Shown piece after piece: positions 16,834 through 26,990 of a DNA stretch of 64,000 nt. The notes under the pieces are model-generated. The model had not been told where the DNA came from and ran no database searches. It saw only the letters and a program-made list of their open reading frames with translations. The position numbers and the translations under genes were made by a program. This DNA is from Flavobacterium sp. (GTDB lineage Bacteria > Bacteroidota > Bacteroidia > Flavobacteriales > Flavobacteriaceae): assembly GCA_014377455.1 (NCBI GenBank), contig JACMPO010000021.1, forward strand, positions 1,903 through 65,902. Direction: 5' to 3'. Every line of letters starts with the position of its first letter. Position 1 is the first letter of the stretch.

Positions 16834-19104
16834 TTATTGTGATAGTTTACGAAGTGCATCTTCATAATATTTAGATTTTTCTACATCGTTAATCGATTTG
16901 TAATAAATAATCAATGCCTTGTAGGGATTTGCATAAGTAGGATTTAATTTTAAACAACGTTCAAAATTCTTGATTGCTTCCTCCTTTTTACCTGCTCTAG
17001 TTTGAGTATTTCCTAAATTATAATAAATTCTGTAATCGCTTGGATTTATAGAAAGTGAAGTTTTATAATAGTTCTCTGCTTGGGCAAAATCATTTTTTTC
17101 ATCAGCAATTAGTCCTAAAACCGAAAATGACATCGCAAAATTTTTGTCTTTTTTAGTTAAAACTAATAAGAGTTGCTTCGCTTTTTCTTTATTTCCACTT
17201 TGATAAAATTTATACGCTTCGTTGAAATCTATTTTCGAGTGATTTGAATTTGTTACAACTTTATTATCAGTACTGCTAGGTTGATTTACATTTGCAACAG
17301 AAGTTTTCACGGTTGATGAAAATAATTTTAAATAATTATCCACCTCAACATTATCTGGATATTTTTCTTTTAATGTGTTAAAAAAATATTTCGCGGAATC
17401 GGTATTTTTAATATTATAGTAAGCTACACCAAGATTTCTTAAATACAATTGTTCCTGTAAAGGATCTGTTTGCAATAATTTTTGAAAAATTGGAATCGCA
17501 TCTTTAGATTGTTCACAATTTATATATCCAGTGCCCAAATTACTTTCTATATTTGGAATATAAATGGACATTTTTTTTGCCTGTTCAAAATTAGAAATAG
17601 CATTTTTACAATCTTTTAATTCTAAATAACAAATCCCTTTTAACACATAAGCTTCAATGTAACCTGCATAATTTGAAGTAAGTGTATCTAATAACACGAT
17701 AGTTTCGGCAAACTTTTTTTGCTTGACAGCTTGATCTTCAATGTTTTTAGCGCGCTCGTAAAAAACTGTAGCATAGTTATTTTGGATTCTGAAACTTTTA
17801 GCACTAACGTTGTAATCATGAGTAAATAAAGTGTCGTTATTTTTCCAATCGAAATTTCTTTGGTAGGTTTTAAAACTATATAATAAGCCTAATGGTAATA
17901 AAACTAATCCGACGTAAATAATTTTCAAATTAATTTTTTGTGCTACATAAATCAAAGTATAAACCAATGCAATAGCAAAACCAAGACTGGGTGTAAAAGC
18001 AAAACGCTCGGCAAAAGTAGCTCCAATTTGAATAAATAAATTGCACGTTAGAGCAAACATAATTACCATAAATAAAAAACCAAACGCGACTTTACTTTTT
18101 TGTAAGACACCTTTGTAAATAAACGTTAGCAATGAAATTAATACTAACATACTAACCCAAACTTCTGGTGAGAGAAAAGTTTTTTTACTTAAATAATTTA
18201 TAGAATAATCATAAAGTAATGGATTTAAAATTACAATTTTATATAAGTAAAGACCTACGAGATAAATTCTTGTAGCAAAATTATCCAATCCATTTGGGAT
18301 TCCAACAAGCATGTTATCTATTTGCGTAAGCTTTGTAATGAAAGTATTACCGATGATATTTTTTTGTAAAAACAGAAATAAAATTGCAGGAACTAAATAC
18401 CATTTTACATCATTAAACAACTCGATATTCAATTTATTTGGTGCTGTAAAATAATGCAAAAAAGGAATTATTACAATAAATAAAAGTGCGTTTTCCTTAG
18501 ACAATGTCGCTAGAAAATAAAAAATAATACTACCTATTAACCATTTTTTCGCATTTAAATCTTTAAATTTTAAATGAAAAATTAAAGCTAGTAATCCAAA
18601 AATATAAGCTAAAATTTCATCTCTTGATTTGATATTAGCCACTACTTCCGTATGAATAGGATGAATTGCAAAAATTGAAGCAATAGCTGTTGCTGTTAAA
18701 TCACTTTTAAATAGTTTTTTTACAAAAACAAATGTCAAAAAAATAGCAAATGCATAATACAAAAGTTGCATATGATGCATTTTAGAGGCAAACACCTTAA
18801 CATCAGAAGATTTAAAAAGTGAATAATCAAGCGCAAAACTAACAGAAGTGATTGGACGATAAGGCTTTATATTTCCAGAATCGGGCAGGGTTTTTTGAGT
18901 AAATAATACTCCAATATTTTTCAGTCCTTGGTTTATGGTACTGTCTTGGGTTATTAAACCATCATCTAAAGCGAACTCATTTTGTGTCGTATTGGAATAA
19001 ACTAATAATGCCAAAAGAATTGGCAAAAAAGCCCATTTATAGTTTACGAAAAAAAAAGATTTTGATTGGATGTAATTCTGATTTTCTGATGATTTTACTT
19101 TCAT
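16834..19104 (-). CDS. TMTC-like GT-C membrane protein with C-terminal TPRs (putative protein glycosyltransferase)
   Basis: FALDD loop motif, YRPIT, HPIHTEVVANIKSRDEIL, FAERF, W.....LF, then multiple TPRs. Confidence 0.8.
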   Translation of the reverse strand: MKVKSSENQNYIQSKSFFFVNYKWAFLPILLALLVYSNTTQNEFALDDGLITQDSTINQGLKNIGVLFTQKTLPDSGNIKPYRPITSVSFALDYSLFKSSDVKVFASKMHHMQLLYYAFAIFLTFVFVKKLFKSDLTATAIASIFAIHPIHTEVVANIKSRDEILAYIFGLLALIFHLKFKDLNAKKWLIGSIIFYFLATLSKENALLFIVIIPFLHYFTAPNKLNIELFNDVKWYLVPAILFLFLQKNIIGNTFITKLTQIDNMLVGIPNGLDNFATRIYLVGLYLYKIVILNPLLYDYSINYLSKKTFLSPEVWVSMLVLISLLTFIYKGVLQKSKVAFGFLFMVIMFALTCNLFIQIGATFAERFAFTPSLGFAIALVYTLIYVAQKINLKIIYVGLVLLPLGLLYSFKTYQRNFDWKNNDTLFTHDYNVSAKSFRIQNNYATVFYERAKNIEDQAVKQKKFAETIVLLDTLTSNYAGYIEAYVLKGICYLELKDCKNAISNFEQAKKMSIYIPNIESNLGTGYINCEQSKDAIPIFQKLLQTDPLQEQLYLRNLGVAYYNIKNTDSAKYFFNTLKEKYPDNVEVDNYLKLFSSTVKTSVANVNQPSSTDNKVVTNSNHSKIDFNEAYKFYQSGNKEKAKQLLLVLTKKDKNFAMSFSVLGLIADEKNDFAQAENYYKTSLSINPSDYRIYYNLGNTQTRAGKKEEAIKNFERCLKLNPTYANPYKALIIYYKSINDVEKSKYYEDALRKLSQ

Positions 19105-19128
19105 AAACTGAATTTATATTGAAAAATT

Positions 19129-20592
19129 TTAATTCTTTAGCGGAATATTTTTCAAAATTTCTAGTACAAATTTATAAAATTTTTGAGAGGATAAAATCGA
19201 TGCTCTCTCATCGGGAGAATGTGCTCCATGAATAGTTGGTCCAAAAGAAATCATATCCATCTCGGGATAATTTGTGCCTAAAATTCCACATTCTAATCCA
19301 GCGTGACAAGCTACAACTTTAGGTTTCATTCCATTTTGTTTTTCATAAATTGTAGTCAAAATTTCTAAAATTTCAGAATTAACATTAGGCGTCCAACCTG
19401 GATAACTTCCGCCAAATTCAACATGACAACCAAACAATTCATAAGTTGATTTTAAACTATTGGCTAAATCCATTTTAGAACTTTCTACTGACGATCGCGT
19501 TAAATTTTGAATCGAAATTTCTCCATTTTTAACTATAACTCTTGCAATATTATTAGAAGTTTCAACTAAATTTTCCATTGAAGCCGACATTCTATAAACT
19601 CCATTTAAAGCTCCGTAAATGGAACGAATTAATCCTTCTTGAACTCCTAATTCCATTACTTTTTCAGGCAAATCTGAAGCAGTTATTTCTATGGTTAAAT
19701 TAGGTTCGGTCGTTTTATATTCCGATTTTATTTCGTTGATTATTTTATTGATATCAAATGTAAAAGTTTCGTCATACATAGACGCAATCACAACTTTTGC
19801 AACACTTTCTCGAGGAATAGCATTTCGTAAACTTCCACCAGAAATTTCTGAAATTTGAAGTCCAAAATTTTCAAATCCATTGTACAACAACCGATTCATA
19901 ATTTTATTTGCATTGCCAAGACCTTTATTTATATCCATTCCCGAATGTCCACCATTTAAACCTTTTACAGTAATTGTGTAGCCAATTGATTCTTTTGGAG
20001 TTGCTTCTTGAAGATAAGTTCTTGTCGCAGTAACATCAATTCCACCAGCACAACCAATGTCGATTTCATCATCTTCCTCAGTATCCATATTTAAAAGTAT
20101 TTCACCTTTTAATATGCCGCCTTTTAAATTTAATGCACCAGTCATTCCAGTTTCCTCATCTACAGTAAAAAGTGCTTCAATAGCTGGATGTGCAATATCT
20201 TTACTCTCCAAAATTGCCATAATCATTGCTACGCCAAGTCCATTATCTGCTCCAAGGGTTGTACCACGAGCTCGAACCCAATCGCCATCGACATACATTT
20301 CAATTCCTTGAGAGTCAAAATCAAAATTAGTATCATTGTTTTTTTGATGTACCATATCTAAATGTCCTTGAAGCACAATAGATTTTCGGTTTTCCATGCC
20401 TACAGTTGCAGGTTTCCGAATGATAACATTACGAATTTCATCCTCGAAAGTTTCTAATCCTAAACTCGTTCCGAAATTTTTCATGAATTCTATAACTCTA
20501 TCTTCTTTTTTTGACGGTCTCGGAACAGCATTTAAATCGGCAAATTTATTCCAAAGATTCTTAGGCTCGAGATTTCTAATTTCTTGACTCAT
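19129..20592 (-). CDS. pepD: Aminoacyl-histidine dipeptidase (M20C)
   Basis: LQGHLDMV, LGADNGLG, DEETG, HAGLECG, GAHSPDE. Confidence 0.95.
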   Translation of the reverse strand: MSQEIRNLEPKNLWNKFADLNAVPRPSKKEDRVIEFMKNFGTSLGLETFEDEIRNVIIRKPATVGMENRKSIVLQGHLDMVHQKNNDTNFDFDSQGIEMYVDGDWVRARGTTLGADNGLGVAMIMAILESKDIAHPAIEALFTVDEETGMTGALNLKGGILKGEILLNMDTEEDDEIDIGCAGGIDVTATRTYLQEATPKESIGYTITVKGLNGGHSGMDINKGLGNANKIMNRLLYNGFENFGLQISEISGGSLRNAIPRESVAKVVIASMYDETFTFDINKIINEIKSEYKTTEPNLTIEITASDLPEKVMELGVQEGLIRSIYGALNGVYRMSASMENLVETSNNIARVIVKNGEISIQNLTRSSVESSKMDLANSLKSTYELFGCHVEFGGSYPGWTPNVNSEILEILTTIYEKQNGMKPKVVACHAGLECGILGTNYPEMDMISFGPTIHGAHSPDERASILSSQKFYKFVLEILKNIPLKN

Positions 20593-20620
20593 TATAATTT
20601 ATATCATTTATATGTTAAAA

Positions 20621-20628
20621 CAAAGTTA
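20621..20628 (-). promoter_or_regulatory. -7 element TAACTTTG for the pepD/TMTC-like operon
   Basis: CAAAGTTA on + strand, 28 nt before the pepD start. Confidence 0.55.
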
Positions 20629-20685
20629 CAAAGTTTAATTACTATTTGAATTGAAATGTATTTATATTTACATTTTATTTTTTAG

Positions 20686-21738
20686 ATGAAACGCAACTAT
20701 TTGTTACCCCTATTTTTATTATTTCAGATTATTTTTCTGAAAATAGTGGCTTATTTTCCCGAAAGAGTTGAGCAATTTTACAGCAACGGACTTTACCTAA
20801 TTATTGCATCATTCTCCAGAACAATTTTTGGTAAAATTCCTTTTTCAGTTGGCGATTTGCTGTATTTAATTTTAATAATCTACAGTCTTTTTTGCATTTA
20901 CAAATACAGAACATCAAGTTGGAAAACTAAAGTACTTTCTGTTTTAAGTTTTCTTTCAGTATTCTATTTTTTATTTCACTTGTTGTGGGCGCTGAATTAT
21001 TACAGACAACCACTTTTTGAAAAAATGCAAATATCAAAAGAATATTCTGATGAAAAATTATATGATTTTACCGAAAAATTAATTGCAAAATCAAATGATA
21101 TTCAATATCAAATTACTAAAAATAAAACAGTAAAAGTTGAAAATAAAGCATCGCAAAACGATATTTTTACTAGTTCTCAAAATGGTTATAATAATTTGTC
21201 ATTACAATATCCCTATTTAAAATATCAAATTCCAAGTCAAAAAAAATCGTTGTTTAGTTTATTGCTAACTTACATGGGGTTTTCGGGCTATTTAAACCCG
21301 TTTACAAATGAAGCTCAGGTAAATAGCAAAATTCCAATGTATGATTTTCCATTTGTAATTTGTCACGAAATGGCACATCAAATTGGATATGGAAGTGAAA
21401 GCGAATGTAATTTTATTGGCTTTTTAGCTTGTAAAAAAAGTAGTGATCTTTACTTTCAATATTCGGCTTATGTTGTAGCACTTCATTATTGTATGGAAAA
21501 TATTGCTCTAAAAGACGAATCGAAATTTAATTTTTTTAAGTCAAAAATAAATTTAGGAATTTTAGAAAATTACAAACAAAGTGAGGTTTTTTGGAAACAA
21601 TACGACACTTTTATCGATAAAGGTTTTCATACTTTTTACGATCAGTTTCTTAAAATAAATCAACAAAAAGATGGCATTGAAAGTTATAGTAAATTTGTAG
21701 ATTTACTTTTAAATTATTATTGTAACAAGAATTTGTAA
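20686..21738 (+). CDS. DUF3810 family putative zinc peptidase, membrane-anchored
   Basis: IPFSVGD, GYLNPFTNEAQVN, CHEMAHQIGY.SESECNF (HExxH...E). Confidence 0.85.
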   Translation: MKRNYLLPLFLLFQIIFLKIVAYFPERVEQFYSNGLYLIIASFSRTIFGKIPFSVGDLLYLILIIYSLFCIYKYRTSSWKTKVLSVLSFLSVFYFLFHLLWALNYYRQPLFEKMQISKEYSDEKLYDFTEKLIAKSNDIQYQITKNKTVKVENKASQNDIFTSSQNGYNNLSLQYPYLKYQIPSQKKSLFSLLLTYMGFSGYLNPFTNEAQVNSKIPMYDFPFVICHEMAHQIGYGSESECNFIGFLACKKSSDLYFQYSAYVVALHYCMENIALKDESKFNFFKSKINLGILENYKQSEVFWKQYDTFIDKGFHTFYDQFLKINQQKDGIESYSKFVDLLLNYYCNKNL

Positions 21739-21874
21739 ATTAAGTAGAAATTTGAGTTTATATTTCTAAATTTACTACTAGTTACAACTTCTGAAAATAT
21801 GAAAGATTAAGTTAAATTAAAATAAATTATAGAAAAAATAAATACAACAAAACAACATTTTAAATGTAGAAATT

Positions 21875-23194
21875 ATGAAAAAAATACTATTTGTTTTATT
21901 GGTTTTAAGTATAAAATTTTATGGGCAAGGCACTTATGTATCATCAAATTATGCAAATAATGGTGATTTATTATACTTAACAAATGCCTCTAATTTAACT
22001 TTAGATTACACTACAACTGGAACAAATTTTAGTTGGGATTTTAGTACACTAGCGGGAAACTCTCAGAATACCTTACAATTTAGAAATCCAACTTCAACGG
22101 GTTTTAACTTTTTTACATTTCCCTATATATTTATTCCTGGAAATACCAATTTATCATCTACTGACGGCACTTCAAATAATTTTTCGACAGCGGGAACTTC
22201 AGTTGGAGTATCTGATACAAACGATTATTATAAAAAAACTAATACTGAACTTAAGGAAGTTGCGTCTTCTTTTAAAATTGGATTTAACAGTCTTGTAGTT
22301 CCTGTTACAAATCAGTATTCTAGTCCAGATATAGTTTACCAATTCCCAATAAATTATGGGAATACAAGTACCGGTAATGCATCTTACACTACAAATATTC
22401 CGAGTTTATATTATCAAAATAAGACCGTGCAAAGAACAAATTTAGTAGATGGCTGGGGAACTTTAACTACTCCTTATGGTACATTTAATAACGCTTTACG
22501 AATGACGACAAATCTTGTTGAAAATGACACCATTGCTGTTGCAGGAATAGGAATTCCGAGAGTAATAAGAACTTCACGAGAACTAAAATGGTTTGATGCT
22601 AGCAAAAAATATCCGGTTTTAATTGTTACTCAAAATAATACTTCTGGAAACTGGATTACGAGTAAAGTTCAATATCTTGATAATTTAACTTACTTTCAAG
22701 TCAACGCTTTATTTGCATACAATCCGTTAGCTCCCGTTGCGGGTGCAACAGTTTATTTTCAGAATTTAAGTACCAATGGGACCACTTATAGTTGGAATTT
22801 TGACGATCCTACAAGTGGTACTTCAAACACCAGTACACTCGAAAATCCGAATCATATTTTCAGTGCAAATGGAACGTATATGGTTACACTAACAGTTTCA
22901 AATCCTAATTATTCAGGAACCATTACTATTCCTGTAATTGTTAGTAATGTTTTAAGCACGGTAAATTCAGAAAAAGTTAAAAACTCTGTTTATCCAAATC
23001 CATTTACCAGTTTTATAAATTTTTCAAATCCTGATGAAAAAGATGTTTATAAACTTTACAGTTTGGACGGTAAGATTATTTATGAAGGTAAGTATATTTC
23101 AACGCAAAATTTTTCAAATTTAGCTCACGGAATTTATAACATCGAAGTTAAAAACGAAGATAAAAATCAAGTTTTTAAAGTGCTAAAAAACTAA
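21875..23194 (+). CDS. T9SS cargo protein with PKD domain
   Basis: Signal peptide ending YG|Q; PKD motif YSWNFDD...NPNHIF...GTYMVTLTVSN; CTD VYPNPF...GIYNI...FKVLKN. Confidence 0.88.
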   Translation: MKKILFVLLVLSIKFYGQGTYVSSNYANNGDLLYLTNASNLTLDYTTTGTNFSWDFSTLAGNSQNTLQFRNPTSTGFNFFTFPYIFIPGNTNLSSTDGTSNNFSTAGTSVGVSDTNDYYKKTNTELKEVASSFKIGFNSLVVPVTNQYSSPDIVYQFPINYGNTSTGNASYTTNIPSLYYQNKTVQRTNLVDGWGTLTTPYGTFNNALRMTTNLVENDTIAVAGIGIPRVIRTSRELKWFDASKKYPVLIVTQNNTSGNWITSKVQYLDNLTYFQVNALFAYNPLAPVAGATVYFQNLSTNGTTYSWNFDDPTSGTSNTSTLENPNHIFSANGTYMVTLTVSNPNYSGTITIPVIVSNVLSTVNSEKVKNSVYPNPFTSFINFSNPDEKDVYKLYSLDGKIIYEGKYISTQNFSNLAHGIYNIEVKNEDKNQVFKVLKN

Positions 23195-23198
23195 ATTA

Positions 23199-24503
23199 TC
23201 AAACTTCGTCTGAGGTAAAAGCGGTAAAACTTTTCTTTTTGAAAGGTCTAATAATGAGACGTCCTTCACGATCAAAACGGATATAATTGTAAACCCAGTT
23301 CAAAAAAACTACGGCTTTATTTTTGAATCCTATTAACGAATATAGATGTACCAACATCCAAACAAACCACGCAAAGATGCCACTGAAATGATATTTTGGT
23401 AAATCGACCACTGCTAAATTTCTTCCAATAGTTGCCATCGAACCTTTATCATTATATTCAAATGGTTTCATAGATTTTTTATTGACAAGTAAAACTAAAT
23501 TTTTTGCTAATAAATCACCTTGTTGCAAAGCAGGTTGTGCCATCATAGGATGACCTTGCGGATATTTTAGCGTTTCCATTACACAGATATCGCCAATAGC
23601 AAATAGGTTTTGGTAGCCATCAATTTGGTTATATTGATTTACTTTAATCCGTTCAATTTTATCAATTATCGCAGTACGGTCTAATCCAGATACCAATGCA
23701 CCTTGAACTCCAGCAGTCCAAATTACCGTTGCAGTTTCAAAACTAAAATCGGAATTTGTGGTTATTGTTTTACCATCATAATTTGTAACACGTACATTTT
23801 TCCAAACTTTTACACCTAAATCTGTTAGGAATTTTTCTGCTTCTGACGATGATTTTTCAGACATGGTATTTAAAATTCTGTCTCCACTTTGCACCAAATT
23901 AATCTGCATCTTAGCTATATCTAAGTCGGGATAATCTTTTTGTAGAATTGCTTTTTTCATTTCGGCAAGCGCACCAGCAAGTTCGACTCCAGTTGGACCA
24001 CCACCAACTAAAACAAAGTTTATCAAACTATTTTTTTCAATCTCGTCTGTAAGTAAAACAGCTTGCTCAAAATTTTCGAGAATTAAACTTCTAATGTTTA
24101 ATGATTGCGGAATGGTTTTCATGGACATTGAATTTCGCTCGATTTCCTTGTTTCCAAAAAAATTGGTTTTAGAGCCTGTCGCCAAAACTAAATAATCGTA
24201 CGATAATTCACCGATTTCTGAAATTATTTTTTGATTTTTAGTATCAATTTCTTTTACAGAAGTTAGTCTGAAATAAAAATCTTTATATTCCTGAATCACT
24301 TTTCTGATGGGATAAGCAATAGAGCCAGCCTCGAGACCACCAGTTGCTACTTGATATAAAAGAGGTTGAAAAGTGTGATAATTATGTTTATCAATTAAAA
24401 CTACTTGCAGGTTTTTATTTCTAAGTTTTCTAGCCAAGCTAAGTCCAGCAAAGCCTGCTCCTATTATAACTACACGTGGTTTATTGATACTTGGAATATT
24501 CAT
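23199..24503 (-). CDS. ndh: Type II NADH dehydrogenase (NAD(P)/FAD oxidoreductase)
   Basis: IIGAGFAG, FQPLLYQVATG, GGGPTGVELAG, FAIGD, KGSMATIGR. Confidence 0.9.
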   Translation of the reverse strand: MNIPSINKPRVVIIGAGFAGLSLARKLRNKNLQVVLIDKHNYHTFQPLLYQVATGGLEAGSIAYPIRKVIQEYKDFYFRLTSVKEIDTKNQKIISEIGELSYDYLVLATGSKTNFFGNKEIERNSMSMKTIPQSLNIRSLILENFEQAVLLTDEIEKNSLINFVLVGGGPTGVELAGALAEMKKAILQKDYPDLDIAKMQINLVQSGDRILNTMSEKSSSEAEKFLTDLGVKVWKNVRVTNYDGKTITTNSDFSFETATVIWTAGVQGALVSGLDRTAIIDKIERIKVNQYNQIDGYQNLFAIGDICVMETLKYPQGHPMMAQPALQQGDLLAKNLVLLVNKKSMKPFEYNDKGSMATIGRNLAVVDLPKYHFSGIFAWFVWMLVHLYSLIGFKNKAVVFLNWVYNYIRFDREGRLIIRPFKKKSFTAFTSDEV

Positions 24504-24532
24504 AAAAAAAATTAGATTTAAAACCCAAAATA

Positions 24533-25927
24533 TTATTGACCTCTGTAGAATAATATGGTACTAAATGTTTTGATGATAATGTTAATATCAAGAAAAATAC
24601 TTCTGTGTTTGATATAATACAAATCGTACTGAAGTTTCACGAGACTATCTTCAATAGAATCTCCATAAGAATAATTTACTTGTGCCCAGCCTGTTAATCC
24701 TGGTTTTATTATATGTCGAGTTTCATAAAAAGGCATTACTTCTGCAATTTCGTTTACAAAAATTGGTCTTTCAGGTCTTGGACCTATAATTGCCATGTTT
24801 CCCAATAGAATATTAATAAATTGAGGAAACTCGTCCATTCTTGTTTTTCTTAAAAAACTTCCAAAAAAAGTAATACGGCTATCATTATTTGAAGTAAAAA
24901 CAGCACCATTTGCCTCTGCATTTTTTATCATGGTGCGGTATTTATAAATTTGAAAAATTTCACCGTTTTTACCAACTCGTTCTTGAGTGTAAAATAATTT
25001 ACCTCTATTTCCTAGCAAATTTCCTATTAAAATTAAAGGGAAAAATAATAAGCCTACCGCTATTCCTATCATTGAGAAAATAATTTCAACGATTCGGGTA
25101 ACTAATTGATATAATTTATTTTGATTGTTTCTACTGAAGGGGAAATATCTGTAAAAATCCCGAGAAACGTATTGAACTGGAATTCTTTGAGTTATATTTT
25201 CGTAAAGTTGGGTATATTCTCTAATTGTAAATCCATTTTCTAGTAAGTGAATTAGTTGGTTGTATAGTACAACGGTAATACCATCCGTTTTTTGAGAAGC
25301 TATAACAATTTCAGAAATTGAATTTTTTCGCACATAATTTTCTAACTCATCTGGACTGATGTTTTTTATTCCGTTTAATTTAAGTTTTAAAGTATTATCA
25401 GAATCAGAATTTACAAATCCAGTGAATTTATAATGTGGATCAACGCTTTCTAAACTGTTAACTAATTCTGTTAGTTGCTCAACATCACACACTATCACTG
25501 CTTTTTTTACAAAACGATGTGAGGCAAGAAATTTAACATAAAAAATTCTCCACAGCAACAAGGTAAAGAAAATTGAAAAGAAAAAGAAAATTATTTGAAT
25601 TCTATTTGTTGGTAAAAAAGGAGTGTAAATTGGCGTTAGTAGATAAACCAGTACTGTTGTAGAAGTAGTTAAAATTATACTTTTAATGATTTGAAATTGA
25701 TTACTTGCAATTTGCAAATTATACATCTCAAAGACTGACCCAAAAATATTAATATAAATTGCCAAAACAATTGTCCAAGAATAGTTTGATTCTGAAAAAT
25801 TAAAATAACTAAAATTAAAAATAGAGCTGACAGAATATAAAGTTAAAAGCACTAATAAAATATCGAAAATTTTGAGTAAAATTTTACGCTCAGAAATTTC
25901 AAAATGTATTTTATTTTTGTTGTTCAT
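24533..25927 (-). CDS. Polytopic undecaprenyl-phosphate glycosylphosphotransferase (WcaJ/WbaP-like)
   Basis: N-terminal TMs; YKYRTM; RMDEFPQ..N...GPRPER; KPGLTGWAQV; DLYYIK. Confidence 0.9.
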   Translation of the reverse strand: MNNKNKIHFEISERKILLKIFDILLVLLTLYSVSSIFNFSYFNFSESNYSWTIVLAIYINIFGSVFEMYNLQIASNQFQIIKSIILTTSTTVLVYLLTPIYTPFLPTNRIQIIFFFFSIFFTLLLWRIFYVKFLASHRFVKKAVIVCDVEQLTELVNSLESVDPHYKFTGFVNSDSDNTLKLKLNGIKNISPDELENYVRKNSISEIVIASQKTDGITVVLYNQLIHLLENGFTIREYTQLYENITQRIPVQYVSRDFYRYFPFSRNNQNKLYQLVTRIVEIIFSMIGIAVGLLFFPLILIGNLLGNRGKLFYTQERVGKNGEIFQIYKYRTMIKNAEANGAVFTSNNDSRITFFGSFLRKTRMDEFPQFINILLGNMAIIGPRPERPIFVNEIAEVMPFYETRHIIKPGLTGWAQVNYSYGDSIEDSLVKLQYDLYYIKHRSIFLDINIIIKTFSTILFYRGQ

Positions 25928-25955
25928 TTAAAATTATACTATAGAAACAAGAACA

Positions 25956-25963
25956 CAAATTTA
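25956..25963 (-). promoter_or_regulatory. Internal -7 element TAAATTTG for the WcaJ-like gene
   Basis: CAAATTTA on + strand in the 52-bp gap. Confidence 0.45.
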
Positions 25964-25979
25964 CAACATTTTTACACGT

Positions 25980-26990
25980 CTATTTTAAAATTTCAAACCA
26001 TTTCATTTTTATAATATTCCAGTCAAATTCCTCACTAGTTTTACGAGCATTCGTTAAAACAGAATCATAAAGATTATTATTTGTTAATAATTCTTTTATT
26101 GAATTTGCCATACTTAAATAATCTTCATCATTTACTAAAAGTCCATTTTTACGATCATTGATGAGAAAAGGGATTCCGCCAACATTTGTGGTAATGACTG
26201 GCATTCCAAGTGCCATTGCTTCAATAACGCTTACTGGAGTATTATCAAAATGTGTAGTGTTAATAAAAACAGAATAGTCACTTGAAATTGCAATCCACTC
26301 TTCTGCAGACAATTTTCCTGTAAAATTTACTTTTACATTTTTTGTCGATGCATATAGTTTACAATCCTCAATTAAATTTTCTTTATCGGGTCCAACCATG
26401 CAAAGTTCAGCATCAGGAAAATCATTTTTTAGCACTACTAAAACATCAATTGCCATTTTTGGGTTATAAATTTTAGAAAATGATCTCACCCAAAGTAGCT
26501 TTGGCACTTGCAAGCGATTTTTTAGAAAAGGATAGTTAGCTACTTGTATTGAGTTTGGGATGTGTAATAAATTTTTTGAAAATTTTATAGAAAATGCATC
26601 AAATAAATATCCTGAAGGAGCCGTGATTTTGTAGGCATATTTAAATATTAATTCAGAAGTAAAAGGATTATTTTTTAATCGAAAAGGCAAATTTCCACCA
26701 TGAAGTTTAGGAATATACTTTAAATTTAATAATCTACACAACTGACTAATTATGAAAGCATACCAAAAATTTTGAGTACTGTAAGTATCTATTAAAACAT
26801 AATTTACTTTGTTTCTACACTTAATAGTAACAAAAATCATATCTAATAATCTAAAAATTTTATTTTTTTTTGTCGAAGCATAATAAATTGTGTATCCCTC
26901 ATTTTCAAGAAATTTACCCAATGTATCAATAGAGGTTTGAGTATTTCCGTGAGAGGTTAACTTGTTACCTATGTATAATAGGTTTTTCAT
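25980..26990 (-). CDS. Glycosyltransferase family 4
   Basis: DNTPVSVIEAMALGMPVITTNVGG (ExxxxE-type GT4 motif). ATG 26990 preferred. Confidence 0.9.
   Translation of the reverse strand: MKNLLYIGNKLTSHGNTQTSIDTLGKFLENEGYTIYYASTKKNKIFRLLDMIFVTIKCRNKVNYVLIDTYSTQNFWYAFIISQLCRLLNLKYIPKLHGGNLPFRLKNNPFTSELIFKYAYKITAPSGYLFDAFSIKFSKNLLHIPNSIQVANYPFLKNRLQVPKLLWVRSFSKIYNPKMAIDVLVVLKNDFPDAELCMVGPDKENLIEDCKLYASTKNVKVNFTGKLSAEEWIAISSDYSVFINTTHFDNTPVSVIEAMALGMPVITTNVGGIPFLINDRKNGLLVNDEDYLSMANSIKELLTNNNLYDSVLTNARKTSEEFDWNIIKMKWFEILK

Noticed and set aside
21742-21780. Imperfect inverted repeat after DUF3810
   Set aside because: AT-only stems with bulges and no convincing U-tract; too weak to call a terminator.
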